Shown here: in pieces, positions 21,629 through 32,530 of the stretch | Position numbering within the stretch: position 1 is the stretch's first letter | Layout: each line of letters begins with the position of its first letter | Assembly: GCA_963725865.1 (NCBI GenBank) | Contig: CAVSAC010000014.1 | Span: forward strand, 448,001 to 512,000 | DNA: 64,000 bases | DNA from: Candidatus Eiseniibacteriota bacterium | GTDB taxonomy: Bacteria > Eisenbacteria > RBG-16-71-46 | Reading direction: 5' to 3' | Notes under the pieces: generated by a model | The model's database searches: none | The model's input: only the letters and a program-made list of their open reading frames with translations | Told to the model about the DNA's origin: nothing | Position numbers and translations under genes: made by a program

Positions 21629-24587
21629 ATGACAGCGCCACGGGTGACCGTCCCTCGGTGTCTCGCGCTCGTCGCGACCGCGCTCCTGCTGGCCCGTGCC
21701 CTCGTGCCCGTGCCCGCGGGAGCCCACGGAATCCATCCGCACGACGCGGGCGAGGACGCGGTCCTGGAGCGCATGGTTCCAGCCGCGCCGGTACCGGCCG
21801 CGCTTCCCGGCGTGCCGGTCGACGCGCAGGCGCAGAAGCGGCTCTACATCGCGAACGACGACCACACCGACTACATGTGGAGCGCCGACGACGCAGCGTA
21901 TCGCACCATCCTGCCGGAGATGCTCGACCGCTATCTGGCGCAGGCCGAGTCGACCGCCACCGATCCGGCCGATCAGCGCGGGCGATTCAACACCGACGGC
22001 ACGCTCTGGGTGTGGGAGTACGAGCGCAGCCGCACGCCCGCCGAGGTGCAACGGTTGTGGAATCACGTCCGCGCCGGCGACGTCACGGTCCCGCTCAACA
22101 CCTGCGTGCAGCTCTACGGCGCCATGCCGACCGAGGCGGTGATCCGCAGCCTCGCGTACGCCGGTCAGCTCGAGCGGCGCGAGAACCTGCGTTTCACGCT
22201 GGTGGTGCCGATGGAGGACCAGACGATGCCGGGTGGCGTCGCGTCGCTGTGGGCCGGCTGCGGGGCGCGTTACGCGTGGAAGGGGATCTGCAACTGCGCG
22301 ACGCAGATCGAGGCCTACGACCGGCCGCGCGAGATCTATCACTTCGCCGGCCCTGACGGTCAGTCGGTGCTCATGAAGTGGAACTCCTCGCCGAGAGGGA
22401 GCGCCTCGCAGGGCGGGTACGCCGAGGCGCGCGATCCCGCGGCGGCCGTGAACTACCTCGACACCGATCCCGGCTTCCTCGCGCGCTGGCCGTGGCCGGT
22501 CGCGGCGGCGTTCGGCTACGGCTGGGACGACGTCCAGTCGTACACCACCGCGTTCCTGACCGCCGCTCGCGACCTCACCGACGCCAGCCGGCGGGTGATC
22601 GTCTCGAACGAGGTCGATTTCTTCCAGGACTTCGAGGCGGCGTACGGCGCCTCGCTGCCGGCCTACGGAGCCTCGTTCGGAAACGAGTGGGAGCTGTTCG
22701 ACGCCTCGCTCGCGGCCGCGACCGCCCGCGCCAAGCGCGGCGTCGAGAAGCTGCGCACCGCGGAGGCGCTCGCTTCGCTCGCGGCGCTGCACGATCCCTC
22801 GGTGCTGTCCGGGCTCACGAGCGCGCGCGACAGCATGGAGCTCGCGTGCGGGCTCTACTACGAGCATTCGTGGGGACCCGGACCGGGAGTGACGGACGCC
22901 CAGCGCCGAAACTGGCAGCGCCGCATGGCCGACGCCCTGGCGTCGTACGCCGACACCCTGCAGGCGCGCTCGCTCCGGCGGGTCGCGGCGCTGGTGGCCG
23001 CGCCCGGCACCGACGAGCGCCACGTCGTCTTCAACCCGCTCTCGTGGGCGCGCACCGACGTGGTCGACCTCGCGGTGAGCACGGCGGCGCCGCTGCACGT
23101 GGTGGACGTCGCGACCGGACAGGAGGTCGAGAGCCAGCCCGTGACGGTCGACGGCCAGCCCCGCGTGCGCATCCTGGCGAGCGGCGTGCCCTCGGTGGGA
23201 TATCGCGTCTACGCGGTGGTGCCGGGCCCGGGTGCCGGCTTCCCCGACGCCGCGACCGTCGCGGGCAGCGCGATCGACAACGGACTGTACCGGGTCACGC
23301 TCGGCGCACGTGGCCAGCTCACGAGCGTGATCGACCACAAGGATGGCGATCGCGAGCTGGTCGCCGCCGGCCAGTCGGTGCTCGACCTCGGATCGGGCGG
23401 CGGCACCGTCACCGTCGAGAGCAGCGGTCCGGTGTCGGTGACGTTGCGCGTGGTGGCCGGCGGCGCCCCGGCGCACGACGCCCGCGTGACGCTGTACAAG
23501 GGCCTCGACCGGATCGACTACGACGGCCACGTCACCCAGAACTTCGCGAACCAGGTCGGCTACACGTCGACGTTCTCGTTCACGTCGCCGCTGACCCGGC
23601 ACGAGGAGGTCGGCATGATCGCGCGGGTCGCGCGCATCGCGCAGGGCGGCGACTACGCGAACGAGAACACGCGCACCGACTGGCTCACGCTCAACCACTT
23701 CGTCGACATGGGCGAGACCACGCGCGGCGTGACGCTGTCGGCGACCGACAGCCCGTACTTCAAGCTCGGCGCCAGCACGCCAACCACGCTCGACGCGGGC
23801 AGCTCCCGCATCACCACGGTGGTCGGCATGCAGGTCGACGGCGCGGGGTTCGGCATCGCGAATCAGGGCGGCGACTCCCAGTTCGGCTGCCGCTACGCGC
23901 TGCGCACGCGCGGCGCATGGGATCCCGCCGCGGCGATGCGGTTCGCGCTCGAGCACCAGGACCCGCTGGTCGCGGGCCCGGTGACCGGCGGACCGGCGGC
24001 GCCGCTGCCGCAGGCCACCTACTCGCTGCTCGCGCTCGACGAGCCCGACGTGCTGATGTGGGCGCTGAAGCCGGCGGACGAGGGCATCGACCACGGGCTG
24101 ATCGTGCGCGCCTGGAACCTGGCGGACGCCGCGCGCACCGCCACCCTCAGCCTGCCGGGGCTCGGCATCGCGGCGGCCAGCACGACCACGCACATCGAGA
24201 CCGACGCCGGGATCGCGTCGGTGCCCGGTGGCGTGCTGCCGGCGACGCTTCGCGCGCCAGCAGCTGCGCACCTGGCGGCTGTTCCCCGACACCTCGCTCG
24301 GGGTCCCGCCCGGCGGGCTCATCGCGTTCGACCTGGCCGTCTTCCCGAATCCGGCCGGCCGCGCCGGCGCCGCCCACCTCGCATTCCGGCTCCCGGCCAG
24401 CGCGCCCACCCGGCTGAGCGTGCACGACCTGCGCGGAGCGCGGGTGGCGAGCGTGGACTACGGCGTGCTCGGCGCCGGCAGCCACCTGCTGGAATGGAGC
24501 CCGGGCGCGCTGCGGCCCGGCGTCTACTTCCTGCGCGTCGACGCGGGCGGGCTCAGCGCCACCCGACGGATCGCCGTGGTCCAGTAA
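21629..24587 (+). CDS. Secreted GH38-like glycoside hydrolase with C-terminal FlgD/T9SS-like domain (+1 frameshift near 24248)
   Basis: Signal peptide, LYIANDDHTDYMW, VFNPLSWARTD, WALKPADEG; C-terminal FPNP...VHDLRGARV...PGVYFLR lies in the shifted frame. Confidence 0.7.
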
Positions 24588-24661
24588 GCGGCGCCGCGCC
24601 GGCTCGCGGGCGCGACGGGGCTGCGCTAGACTTCCCGCTGCCGATTCCAACCGGAGGTCTC

Positions 24662-25883
24662 ATGCCCGACTCGCCCCGACTCTCCCGGCGCGCGCAACAG
24701 ATGCCGGCCTCGCCGATCCGCCGGCTCGCGCCGTTCGCGGTCGCCGCCCGCAAGGCGGGCAAGACCGTCTATCCGCTCAACATCGGCCAGCCCGACATCC
24801 CGACCCCGCGGGCCATCCTCGATCGCATCCGCGCGTTCGACCTGCCCAACGTCGCGTACGGACCTTCGCAGGGCCTGCCGGAGTTCGTCGAGGCGCTGCG
24901 CACCTACTACGCCGGCGTCGGGCTCGCGCTCGAGTCCAGCCAGATCTTCGTCACCACCGGCGGCAGCGAGGCGATCCTGCTCACGCTCGGCGCGGTGTGC
25001 GACCCCGGCGACCAGGTGCTGGTGTTCGAGCCGTTCTACACCAACTACAACGGCTTCGCGGGCATGATGAGCGTGGAGCCGGTGCCGGTCACGACGCGCG
25101 CCGAGGACGGCTATCACCTGCCGTCGCGCGCCGCGATCGAGGCGCAGCTCGGACCCCGCGTGAAGGCGATCCTCATCTGCTCGCCGAACAACCCGACCGG
25201 CACGGTGTACACCGACGCCGAGATCGAGATGGTCGCGGCGATCTGCCGCGAGCGCGGGCTCTACCTGATCGCCGACGAGGTCTACCGCGAGTTCGTCTAC
25301 GACGGGCGCCGGCACCGCTCGGTGCTGACGCTGCCCGGCATGGACGACCTGGTGGTGGTGGTGGACTCGGTCTCGAAGCGCTATTCCCTGTGTGGCGTGC
25401 GGGTCGGCAACATCGTCAGCCGCAACCCCGTGCTGATGGACGCGATCCTGCGCTTCGGCCAGGCGCGGCTGTGCCCGCCGACGCTCGGCCAGTGGGCGTG
25501 CACCGCGCTCACCCAGGTGCCGCCGGAGTACATCCGCGGCGTCATCACCGAGTACCAGAAGCGCCGCGACGTGGTGTGCGACGCCCTGCAGGCGATCCCG
25601 GGCGTGCTGCTGCGCAAGCCCGAGGGCGCGTTCTACATCTGCGCGCGCCTGCCAGTCGACGACGCGAACGCGTTCGCCGAGTACCTGCTCAAGGACTTCG
25701 CGCTCGACGGCGAGACCGTGATGGTGGCCCCCGCCGACGGCTTCTACGCCACGCCCGGCCTCGGCCGCGACGAGGTGCGCATCGCGTACGTGCTCGAGGA
25801 GAAGAAGCTGCGCCGCGCGATGACCGATCCTCGCCGCGGCGCTGGTGGCGTACCCGGGGCGCGTCGCGGCGGCGAAGGCGTAG
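24662..25883 (+). CDS. PLP-dependent class I/II aminotransferase, aspartate aminotransferase-like (+1 frameshift near 25825)
   Basis: LNIGQPD, TTGGSEA, SPNNPTG, DEVYREF, SVSKRYS, PEGAFY, VRIAY; natural end ILAAALVAYPG...* in the shifted frame. Confidence 0.88.
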
Positions 25884-25982
25884 CCGACCGCGCTGCGCTC
25901 GACGACGCAGGGCGCCCGGTTGTGCGACGGGGTGCCACGCCGATTGGTCGCGCCCGCGTCGATGCCGTAAGCTGCGCCGCCC

Positions 25983-27320
25983 ATGACCCCGCACACCTCG
26001 ACGCCCGTCACCTCGCGCACCGTGATCCACACGTGGTGGCCGCTCGCGGCCTCGTGGCTGCTCATGGGACTCGAGCTGCCGATGGTGAGCGCGATCATCG
26101 CGCGATTGCCCGACGCCAGGGTGCACCTGGCGGCCTACGGCGGCGTGGTGTTCCCGACCGCGCTCATGATCGAGGCGCCGGTGGTGATGCTGCTGTCGGC
26201 CTCCACCGCGCTGTCGCGCGACGATGCCTCCTACCGGCTGGTCCGGCGCTTCATGCTGGGCCTCGGCATCGCGTTCACCGCGCTGCACGCGCTGGTGGCT
26301 TTCTCCCCGCTGTACGACGTGCTCGCCGGCGGCCTGCTCGGCGTGCCCGCGGCGGTGCGCGAGCCGGCGCGGCTCGGGCTGCGGATCATGACGCCGTGGA
26401 CGATGTCGATCGCGTACCGGCGCTTCCAGCAGGGCGTGCTCATCCGCTTCGGGCGCCCGCAGGCGGTGAGCATCGGCACCGCGGTGCGACTGGGCGCCAA
26501 TGCGATCGTGCTGGCGGTCGGCGCGGCGCTCGGCACGCTGCCCGGGATCGCCGTGGGCACCGCCGCGATCGCCACCGGCGTGGTGGCCGAGGCGGTCTAC
26601 GCCGGCATCGCGGTGCGTCCGGTGCGGCACGGCGCGCTGCTCGCCGCCCCCGCCGTGAGCCCGGCGCTCACGCCGGCCGCGTTCCTGCGCTTCTACGTGC
26701 CGCTGATGATGACGCCGATGATCGCGTTCCTCGGGGCACCACTCACCAGCGCCGCGATGAGCCGCATGCCGCTGGCGCTCGAATCGCTGGCGGCGTGGCC
26801 GGTGGTGAACGGACTGGTCTTCACCATGCGCAGCGTCGGCTTCGCGTTCAACGAGGTCGTGGTGGCGCTGCTCGACCGCCCGCGGGCGCTGGCGCCGTTG
26901 CGGCGCTTCGCCTCGGCGCTCGGCATCGGGGCCTCGGCGATGCTGCTGGTGTTCGCGGCCACCCCGGTGGGCACGCTGTGGCTCACGCGGGTGTCGGCGC
27001 TGCCCCGCGACCTGGCCGCGCTGGGATCGGTCGCGCTGTGGCTCTCGCTGCCGCTCGGGATGCTCAATGCCCTGCAGAGCCTCTACCAGGGCGCGATCGT
27101 CCACAGCCGCGCCACCCGCGCGGTGACCGAATCGGTGGTGGTGTTCATCCTGGTGACCGGCGCCGTGCTCGGCGCCGGGGTGGCGATCCAGCGCGGACCC
27201 GGCCTGTGGACCGCGAGCGTGGCGCTGGTGGTCGGCAACCTCGCGCTGGTGGCGTGGCTGTGGTCGCGCGCGCGCGCGACGATGCGCGACCTGGCGCGGC
27301 TCGAAGCGCTCGCCGCCTAG
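25983..27320 (+). CDS. MATE/MOP-fold membrane transporter, ANKH-like
   Basis: About 12 TMs in two similar halves (WWPLAASW.../FYVPLMMT...), IAYRRFQQGVLIRFG. Confidence 0.55.
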   Translation: MTPHTSTPVTSRTVIHTWWPLAASWLLMGLELPMVSAIIARLPDARVHLAAYGGVVFPTALMIEAPVVMLLSASTALSRDDASYRLVRRFMLGLGIAFTALHALVAFSPLYDVLAGGLLGVPAAVREPARLGLRIMTPWTMSIAYRRFQQGVLIRFGRPQAVSIGTAVRLGANAIVLAVGAALGTLPGIAVGTAAIATGVVAEAVYAGIAVRPVRHGALLAAPAVSPALTPAAFLRFYVPLMMTPMIAFLGAPLTSAAMSRMPLALESLAAWPVVNGLVFTMRSVGFAFNEVVVALLDRPRALAPLRRFASALGIGASAMLLVFAATPVGTLWLTRVSALPRDLAALGSVALWLSLPLGMLNALQSLYQGAIVHSRATRAVTESVVVFILVTGAVLGAGVAIQRGPGLWTASVALVVGNLALVAWLWSRARATMRDLARLEALAA

Positions 27321-27330
27321 CTCCGCCGGC

Positions 27331-28047
27331 TCACCCGACCAGCGCCGGCAGCGCCTCGCCCGCCTTCGCGCGCACCGCGATCACGCGGTGGGTGTGCCCG
27401 GTCTCGTCGGGGTTCACCTCGATCACCGGGATGTCGCGATGGAACGCGACGTGGGCGAGGCCGGCGGCCGGGTACACCACGCCGCTGGTGCCCACGATGA
27501 GCACCGCGTCGGCCTCCGCGATCGCATCGGCGGCGCGCTCCATCGCGCCGGCCGGCAGCGCTTCCCCGAACCACACCACGCCCGGACGCTCGAGCCCGCC
27601 GCACGCGCAGCGCGGGGGCAGCGCGGGCAGCGGCGTGGTGCGGTCCACGCGCTCGGCTCCGCAGCGCGTGCAGCGCAGCGTCCAGAGGTCGCCGTGCAGA
27701 TGGAGGACGTTACGGCTGCCGGCCACCGCGTGCAGTCCGTCCACGTTCTGCGTCACGAGCAGGAACGACGCGCAGCGCTGCTCGAGCCGCACCAGCGCCG
27801 CGTGTCCGGGGTTCGGGCGCGTGGCGGCGACGAGTCCGCGCCGCCAGTCGTACCACTGCCACACCAGCAGCGGATCACGCGCGAACGCCTCGGGCGTCGC
27901 GAGGTCCTCGGGGCGGTGCGAGCGCCACAGTCCGTCGGGGCCGCGGAACGTGGGCACCCCGCTCTCGGCCGAGATCCCGGCGCCGGTCATCGCCACCACG
28001 CGGCGCGCCCGCGTGAGCAGCTCGCGTCCCCGGTCGAGTGCGTCCAT
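27331..28047 (-). CDS. cobB: NAD-dependent protein deacylase (class III sirtuin)
   Basis: TGAGISAESGVPTFRG, WYDWRR, TQNVDGLH, HG, two CxxC-type Zn pairs, PGVVWFGE, GTSGVVYPAA. Confidence 0.93.
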   Translation of the reverse strand: MDALDRGRELLTRARRVVAMTGAGISAESGVPTFRGPDGLWRSHRPEDLATPEAFARDPLLVWQWYDWRRGLVAATRPNPGHAALVRLEQRCASFLLVTQNVDGLHAVAGSRNVLHLHGDLWTLRCTRCGAERVDRTTPLPALPPRCACGGLERPGVVWFGEALPAGAMERAADAIAEADAVLIVGTSGVVYPAAGLAHVAFHRDIPVIEVNPDETGHTHRVIAVRAKAGEALPALVG

Positions 28048-28150
28048 GGCGGCCATCCTACCCGCGCTGTGACGGAAGCGCCTCCGGTGTCTCCCTACGG
28101 AAGACTCCCCGAGTGTGCCGCGCGCCCGACCCTTTCCCCAGGAGACAGCC

Positions 28151-28201
28151 ATGCGCGCACCCCACCCTCTCGTCGTCCTCGCCGCCGGCATCGAGTTCTG
28201 A
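28151..28201 (+). other. 16-codon mini-ORF MRAPHPLVVLAAGIEF, possibly a collapsed gene remnant
   Basis: AGGAGA RBS before ATG; 13-bp hairpin downstream. Confidence 0.4.
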
Positions 28202-28224
28202 TCCGCGTCCGCGAACGAGGCGCG

Positions 28225-28311
28225 ACGCCCCCGGCGCTGGCAGGCGCCGGGGGCGTTCGCAATCAAGCCGCTGGGCAAAGAGCGGGGCCCGGCGCTCTCG
28301 TCGCCGGGCCC
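28225..28311. terminator. Two adjacent hairpins between convergent units
   Basis: acgcccccggcgc/gcgccgggggcgt (28225-28256) and gggcccggcg/cgccgggccc (28285-28311). Confidence 0.55.
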
Positions 28312-28354
28312 GCCCGGGGGTGCTGCCGACGGCACGTCGCCGTCGTGCAGCGGC

Positions 28355-29029
28355 TCAGCGGCCAAACTGGTGCTGCAGTCCCACCATCACGCGCGGTGCG
28401 TAGCGCGGTTGATGGATGGCGCGGTCCGCGTCCCTCCACGTGTAGTTGTCGACCGGGCTGACCGACGTGCCGTCGGGGCTGTACGAGCTGTCGTGACCCG
28501 ACAACGTCGCGTTCGCGAACCAGTCGAAGCCTCCGCTCACCACCAGCTCGGTCTCCGGTCCGGTCGGCCAGCGGTGCTCGAGCGCTCCGCCGAACCCCCA
28601 CTGGTCGGTGTTGATGAAGAAGGTCTCGTTGCCGCCGACGAAATCGTAGTCGCCGCGAAACTTCGAGTAGCGCGGCCCGAGCGCCAGCCACCAGTCCCGG
28701 AGCGGCCCGCGCTCCAGGTGGTGCAACACGTCCATGCGCAGATCCCACCGATGTCCGCTCTTGCTGGGGTCGCCGTTGTCGTTGGCGTTGATGAAGACAT
28801 GGCGCGCCTCGAGCGCGTCGCCGGGATCCAGGCGCCAGTAGCCGGCACCGAGGCGCGCGGAGAACGGCAATCCCTGCGCGATGTCGGAGAACGTCACGTC
28901 GGCCTGGCCGCCGAGCCCCGCGTTTACGCCCAGGGACAGGCCGCCGCTGGTCTTCACGGTGGCCGATGCCGCCAGCGGCGCGGCCAGCGCGAGGATCACG
29001 AGGGCGAGGACGAATGGACGATGCCGCAT
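28355..29029 (-). CDS. Small outer-membrane beta-barrel protein
   Basis: Signal peptide (ASA), alternating amphipathic strands, near-terminal aromatic (GLQHQF); GGAGG RBS. Confidence 0.65.
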   Translation of the reverse strand: MRHRPFVLALVILALAAPLAASATVKTSGGLSLGVNAGLGGQADVTFSDIAQGLPFSARLGAGYWRLDPGDALEARHVFINANDNGDPSKSGHRWDLRMDVLHHLERGPLRDWWLALGPRYSKFRGDYDFVGGNETFFINTDQWGFGGALEHRWPTGPETELVVSGGFDWFANATLSGHDSSYSPDGTSVSPVDNYTWRDADRAIHQPRYAPRVMVGLQHQFGR

Positions 29030-29076
29030 GATCGGGGCCTCCGATGGTGTCGGGATCATGGCACCGCGGCCTATGT

Positions 29077-29092
29077 ATCAATGACCGTGCCG
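29077..29092 (-). promoter_or_regulatory. Near-consensus sigma54 -24/-12 element
   Basis: Minus strand CGGCACGGTCATTGAT (GG-N10-GA rather than GC), about 48 bp upstream of the OMP start. Confidence 0.35.
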
Positions 29093-29499
29093 CCAGCCGT
29101 GAGTCGGGTCGAACGCCCGCTGCCCCCGCGCGCGGGTCCAGGTTCCCATCGCGGGCTGCGGGAATCAGTTGCCGCGACGAGCCGGGCTGGAGATCCGACC
29201 CGATCGTCGGCGCGGGGCGCGCGCACGGAAACACGATCCGTCCTTTGGAAACCGCACGATCGGGGATGCGCGACGCGACGACGTCCGCGGGGTGCAGCGA
29301 GGCGGCACGCGGCGGCGCGGGGTCGCGCGCCGTGCAGATCGCGACGGATCGGCGCGCCGCGTCGCTCGCGCTGCGTGATCTCACCCGAAGCGGGTCGCGA
29401 CCGGGCGGCTTTCCCGACGCTCAGAGGTGCGCGCGGCGTTGGCCTCATTCTTCCATGTCCCAAGGTGCCCACCCTTGCGGGCATCAACGGGAGGTGCGC

Positions 29500-30903
29500 A
29501 TGATCCGGTTCCTCGTCGCGCGACGGATCGCGCTCGTCCTCGTTCTGGTCTCCGCCGCGTCATGGGTGACGCGTGCAGGAGCGCAGTGCCCGATCACGGG
29601 GCCCGACGTCGTGTGCGGCACCCCGGTCCAGCTCTGCGGTCCGCCCTTCGCCGTGACGTTCCAGTGGCAGCTGCCCGACGGCAGCACCGCGAGCACTCCT
29701 TGTATCACCGCCACGCAGCCGGGCAGCTACTCGCTGCGCTACTACGACGGTGACAACCGGCTGTGGTTCGGCCCCTGCACGAAGGTCCTGGCGCCCGGCT
29801 CGGTGACCGCGCTCGCGTGCTCGATCGACGGTCCCACGACCGGATGCGTCGGCGACCAGCTGACGCTCTGCGCGCCCGCGGGGATGGCCACGTACGCGTG
29901 GAGCGGTCCCAACGGCTTCGCCGACACCGCGTCGTGCGTGGTCGTGACCGAGTCCGGGCTCTACCAGCTCACGGTGACCGACGGGGGCTGCGGCGTCGGC
30001 ACGTGCGAAGCCACCGTCACGCTGACCACCTGCGGTGGGCCGCGCACCGCGTGTCCGCGCCCGCCGTCGTTCTTCGCGGCGGCGTGCGGGAGCGTCGCGA
30101 GCTCCACGCCCAAGCTCACCGACGTGCAGATGGCGGAGCTGACCGCGTGCGTGGACGATCGCTCGGCGGCGCTGTCGTGGAGCGATCCGCAGGCCGGCTT
30201 CTGCGGCCTGATGCGGTCGGATCCGCACACGCTGAGGGAGAGCGCGCTGCGCCAGCTCGGATCCGTGTGGGCGAACGTGTGCGCTGGCGACCTCGGCATC
30301 GCGCCGCGACGCGGGCTGCCCATCGTCCTCGACCCGGCCACGCCGGTGCAGCTGCCGTGGCTCTATCGCGGGACCGTCGGCGAGTGGCTCGCGAAGTCGG
30401 ACGCCCGCATGGTGGAACTCGCGGGCCGTCGTGAGCGCGACGGCGCGGTGCGCGCGGCGTACGCGTCGATCATCACCGTGGGCTGGTTCATCGACCACGG
30501 CGTCGGCATCGGCCCCACCTGCCTGCATCCGCGCGGCGCGAGCGCGCCCGTCACGGCCACCCCGGACATCGTGGTGGACGGCGAGAGCCTCGCGTCCGAG
30601 CTGACCGCCCTCGCCACGCCGGGCCTGTCGCTCGGTCGGCCGAGCCCCAATCCGTTCGCGGGCGAGATGACGCTCGAGTACGCGATCGAGGGCGTCGGTG
30701 CGGAGGACGTGCACATCGGCGTGTACGACGTCTCGGGCCGCATGGTGCGCGAGCTGTTGAGCGGGCGCCAGCAGCCGGGCAGCTACCAGCTGCGGTGGGA
30801 CGGTCGCGACGCGAGCGGTGTGCCGGCGCGTGGCGGCGTGTACTTCGTGATCGGCCGCCTCGGCGACCAGCGCGTCGAGACCCGCGTGACCATGATGCGT
30901 TAG
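29500..30903 (+). CDS. Secreted Cys-rich protein with two Ig-like repeats and C-terminal FlgD-Ig domain
   Basis: Signal peptide; two I(T/D)GP..C....LC.P....W..P.G....C......G.Y.L repeats; PSPNPF...YDVSGRMVR...WDGRD...GVYF. Confidence 0.7.
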   Translation: MIRFLVARRIALVLVLVSAASWVTRAGAQCPITGPDVVCGTPVQLCGPPFAVTFQWQLPDGSTASTPCITATQPGSYSLRYYDGDNRLWFGPCTKVLAPGSVTALACSIDGPTTGCVGDQLTLCAPAGMATYAWSGPNGFADTASCVVVTESGLYQLTVTDGGCGVGTCEATVTLTTCGGPRTACPRPPSFFAAACGSVASSTPKLTDVQMAELTACVDDRSAALSWSDPQAGFCGLMRSDPHTLRESALRQLGSVWANVCAGDLGIAPRRGLPIVLDPATPVQLPWLYRGTVGEWLAKSDARMVELAGRRERDGAVRAAYASIITVGWFIDHGVGIGPTCLHPRGASAPVTATPDIVVDGESLASELTALATPGLSLGRPSPNPFAGEMTLEYAIEGVGAEDVHIGVYDVSGRMVRELLSGRQQPGSYQLRWDGRDASGVPARGGVYFVIGRLGDQRVETRVTMMR

Positions 30904-30927
30904 CGGTCCCGTCGACGCCGCGCGATC

Positions 30928-30958
30928 CGCCGCCCGGAGGGCTCCCCTCCGGGCGGCG
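30928..30958. terminator. Hairpin between convergent genes
   Basis: Perfect 14-bp inverted repeat cgccgcccggaggg/ccctccgggcggcg. Confidence 0.6.
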
Positions 30959-30981
30959 CGGCGTTGGGGGCCACGGGCGGC

Positions 30982-31344
30982 TCAGTCGGCGCGATGCGCG
31001 AGCTCGGGCGCGAACGCGGGCACGCAGACCGCGACATACTCCGCGCCCTCGGCGAGCGGCGTCGAGTAGCGCACCGTCTCGCCCGCGCGCGTGAGCACGC
31101 CCTCGTCCGCGCGCACGTCGATCGTGCCGCCCGCGTGCTCGATCCTCAGCAGGCCCCGCAACACGACCGTGTACTCGTCGAACTCGGGCGTCTGCGCGGG
31201 CTCGATCCAACCACCGGGCGCCCGCATGTGGGCGATGCTGACCGACGTGGTGCCGGTGTTGACCCGGCCGACGTACTCGTCGATGAGCTTCGGCGGCTCG
31301 CCGGGGGGTGTGATGCGGGTGGGCACGGGAATGTGAATGGGCAC
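30982..31344 (-). CDS. Cupin domain protein
   Basis: KLIDEYVGRV, GWIEPAQTPEFDEYTVVLRG, YVAVCVPAF; GTG start with AGGAG RBS. Confidence 0.8.
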   Translation of the reverse strand: MPIHIPVPTRITPPGEPPKLIDEYVGRVNTGTTSVSIAHMRAPGGWIEPAQTPEFDEYTVVLRGLLRIEHAGGTIDVRADEGVLTRAGETVRYSTPLAEGAEYVAVCVPAFAPELAHRAD

Positions 31345-31570
31345 CGGAGCTCCTCCTGGATCGGGATGGTTGCGCGCACTCTCGCTCCCCGCCTCCGTGG
31401 CGGCAAGCGGCGCGACGGTCCGCGTGCGCGCCCAGGTCCGGCCCGCCGGGCGCCGACGCGGGTCCCGAATCCGCGCTCGCGGCGGTGCGCACACGCCCAC
31501 GCACCCGCGCGGCGACCGCCGCTCGCACCCGCGTTGACGGGAAGCCGCCCGCGCGGCGAGCATCCCCGCC

Positions 31571-32458
31571 ATGCCCGAGTTGCCGGACATCACCGTCTAC
31601 GTCGAACACCTCCGGCGCCGGCTGGCGGACGCCACGCTGGTCCGGTGCCGCGTGCGCAGCCTCAACCTCATGCGCACCGCGGTGCCGCCGCTGTCGGCGG
31701 TCGAGGGGCGGCACGTCCGCGGCGTCGAGCGCATGGGCAAGCGCATCGTGCTGCACCTCGAAGGCGACCTGGCGCTGGTGTTCCATCTGATGATCGCGGG
31801 CCGCTTGCGCTGGAAGCCGACCGGCGCGGCGGTGCCGGGCAAGGTCGGGCTCGCGGCGTTCGACTTCACGACCGGCACGTTGCTGCTGACCGAGGCCAGC
31901 TCGCACCAGCGCGCGGGCCTCCACGTGGTCGAGGGCGCGGACGCGCTGCGCGCGCTCGACCCCGGCGGGCTCGAGGTGCTCGATGCCCCGCTCGCCGCGT
32001 TCGCCGCCGCGCTCGGGCGTGAGGACCACACGCTGAAGCGGGCGCTCAGCGACCCGCGCCTGTTCAGCGGCATCGGGAACGCGTACTCCGACGAGATCCT
32101 CCATCGCGCGCGCCTCTCGCCGCTGCGGCGCACCACGCAGCTCGATGAGTCCGAGGTCGCCGCGCTGTACGCGGCGACCCGCGCGATCCTCACGGAGTGG
32201 ACCGAGCGCCTGCGCGCCGCGACGGGCGAGGCGTTCCCGGAGCGCGTCACCGCGTTCCGGGACGGCATGGCGGTGCACGGGCGCCACCGCCAGCCGTGCC
32301 CGACGTGCGGCGCGCCGATCCAGCGCATCGTCTACGCGGAGCACGAGACGAACTATTGCGCGCGCTGCCAGACCGGCGGCCGGCTGCTCGCCGACCGCGC
32401 GCTGTCACGCCTGCTCAAGGCCGACTGGCCGCGCACGCTCGAGGAGCTCGAGGGCTGA
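31571..32458 (+). CDS. Fpg/Nei family DNA glycosylase
   Basis: MPELPD, R.GK, HLMIAG, GIGNAYSDEIL, CPTCG...YCARCQ zinc finger. Confidence 0.9.
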   Translation: MPELPDITVYVEHLRRRLADATLVRCRVRSLNLMRTAVPPLSAVEGRHVRGVERMGKRIVLHLEGDLALVFHLMIAGRLRWKPTGAAVPGKVGLAAFDFTTGTLLLTEASSHQRAGLHVVEGADALRALDPGGLEVLDAPLAAFAAALGREDHTLKRALSDPRLFSGIGNAYSDEILHRARLSPLRRTTQLDESEVAALYAATRAILTEWTERLRAATGEAFPERVTAFRDGMAVHGRHRQPCPTCGAPIQRIVYAEHETNYCARCQTGGRLLADRALSRLLKADWPRTLEELEG

Positions 32459-32530
32459 GGTCGGCCCGCGCGCGCCGCGGGCCGCGGCGCCGCGCCGGCC
32501 TCCGTCGCAACCACGGCGGTTCGCGGCGGA

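Noticed and set aside
20279..28072. 2597-aa giant ORF
   Set aside because: Artefact: stop-poor GC-rich frames plus two frameshifts link the GH38-like gene and the aminotransferase, each of which has its own start.
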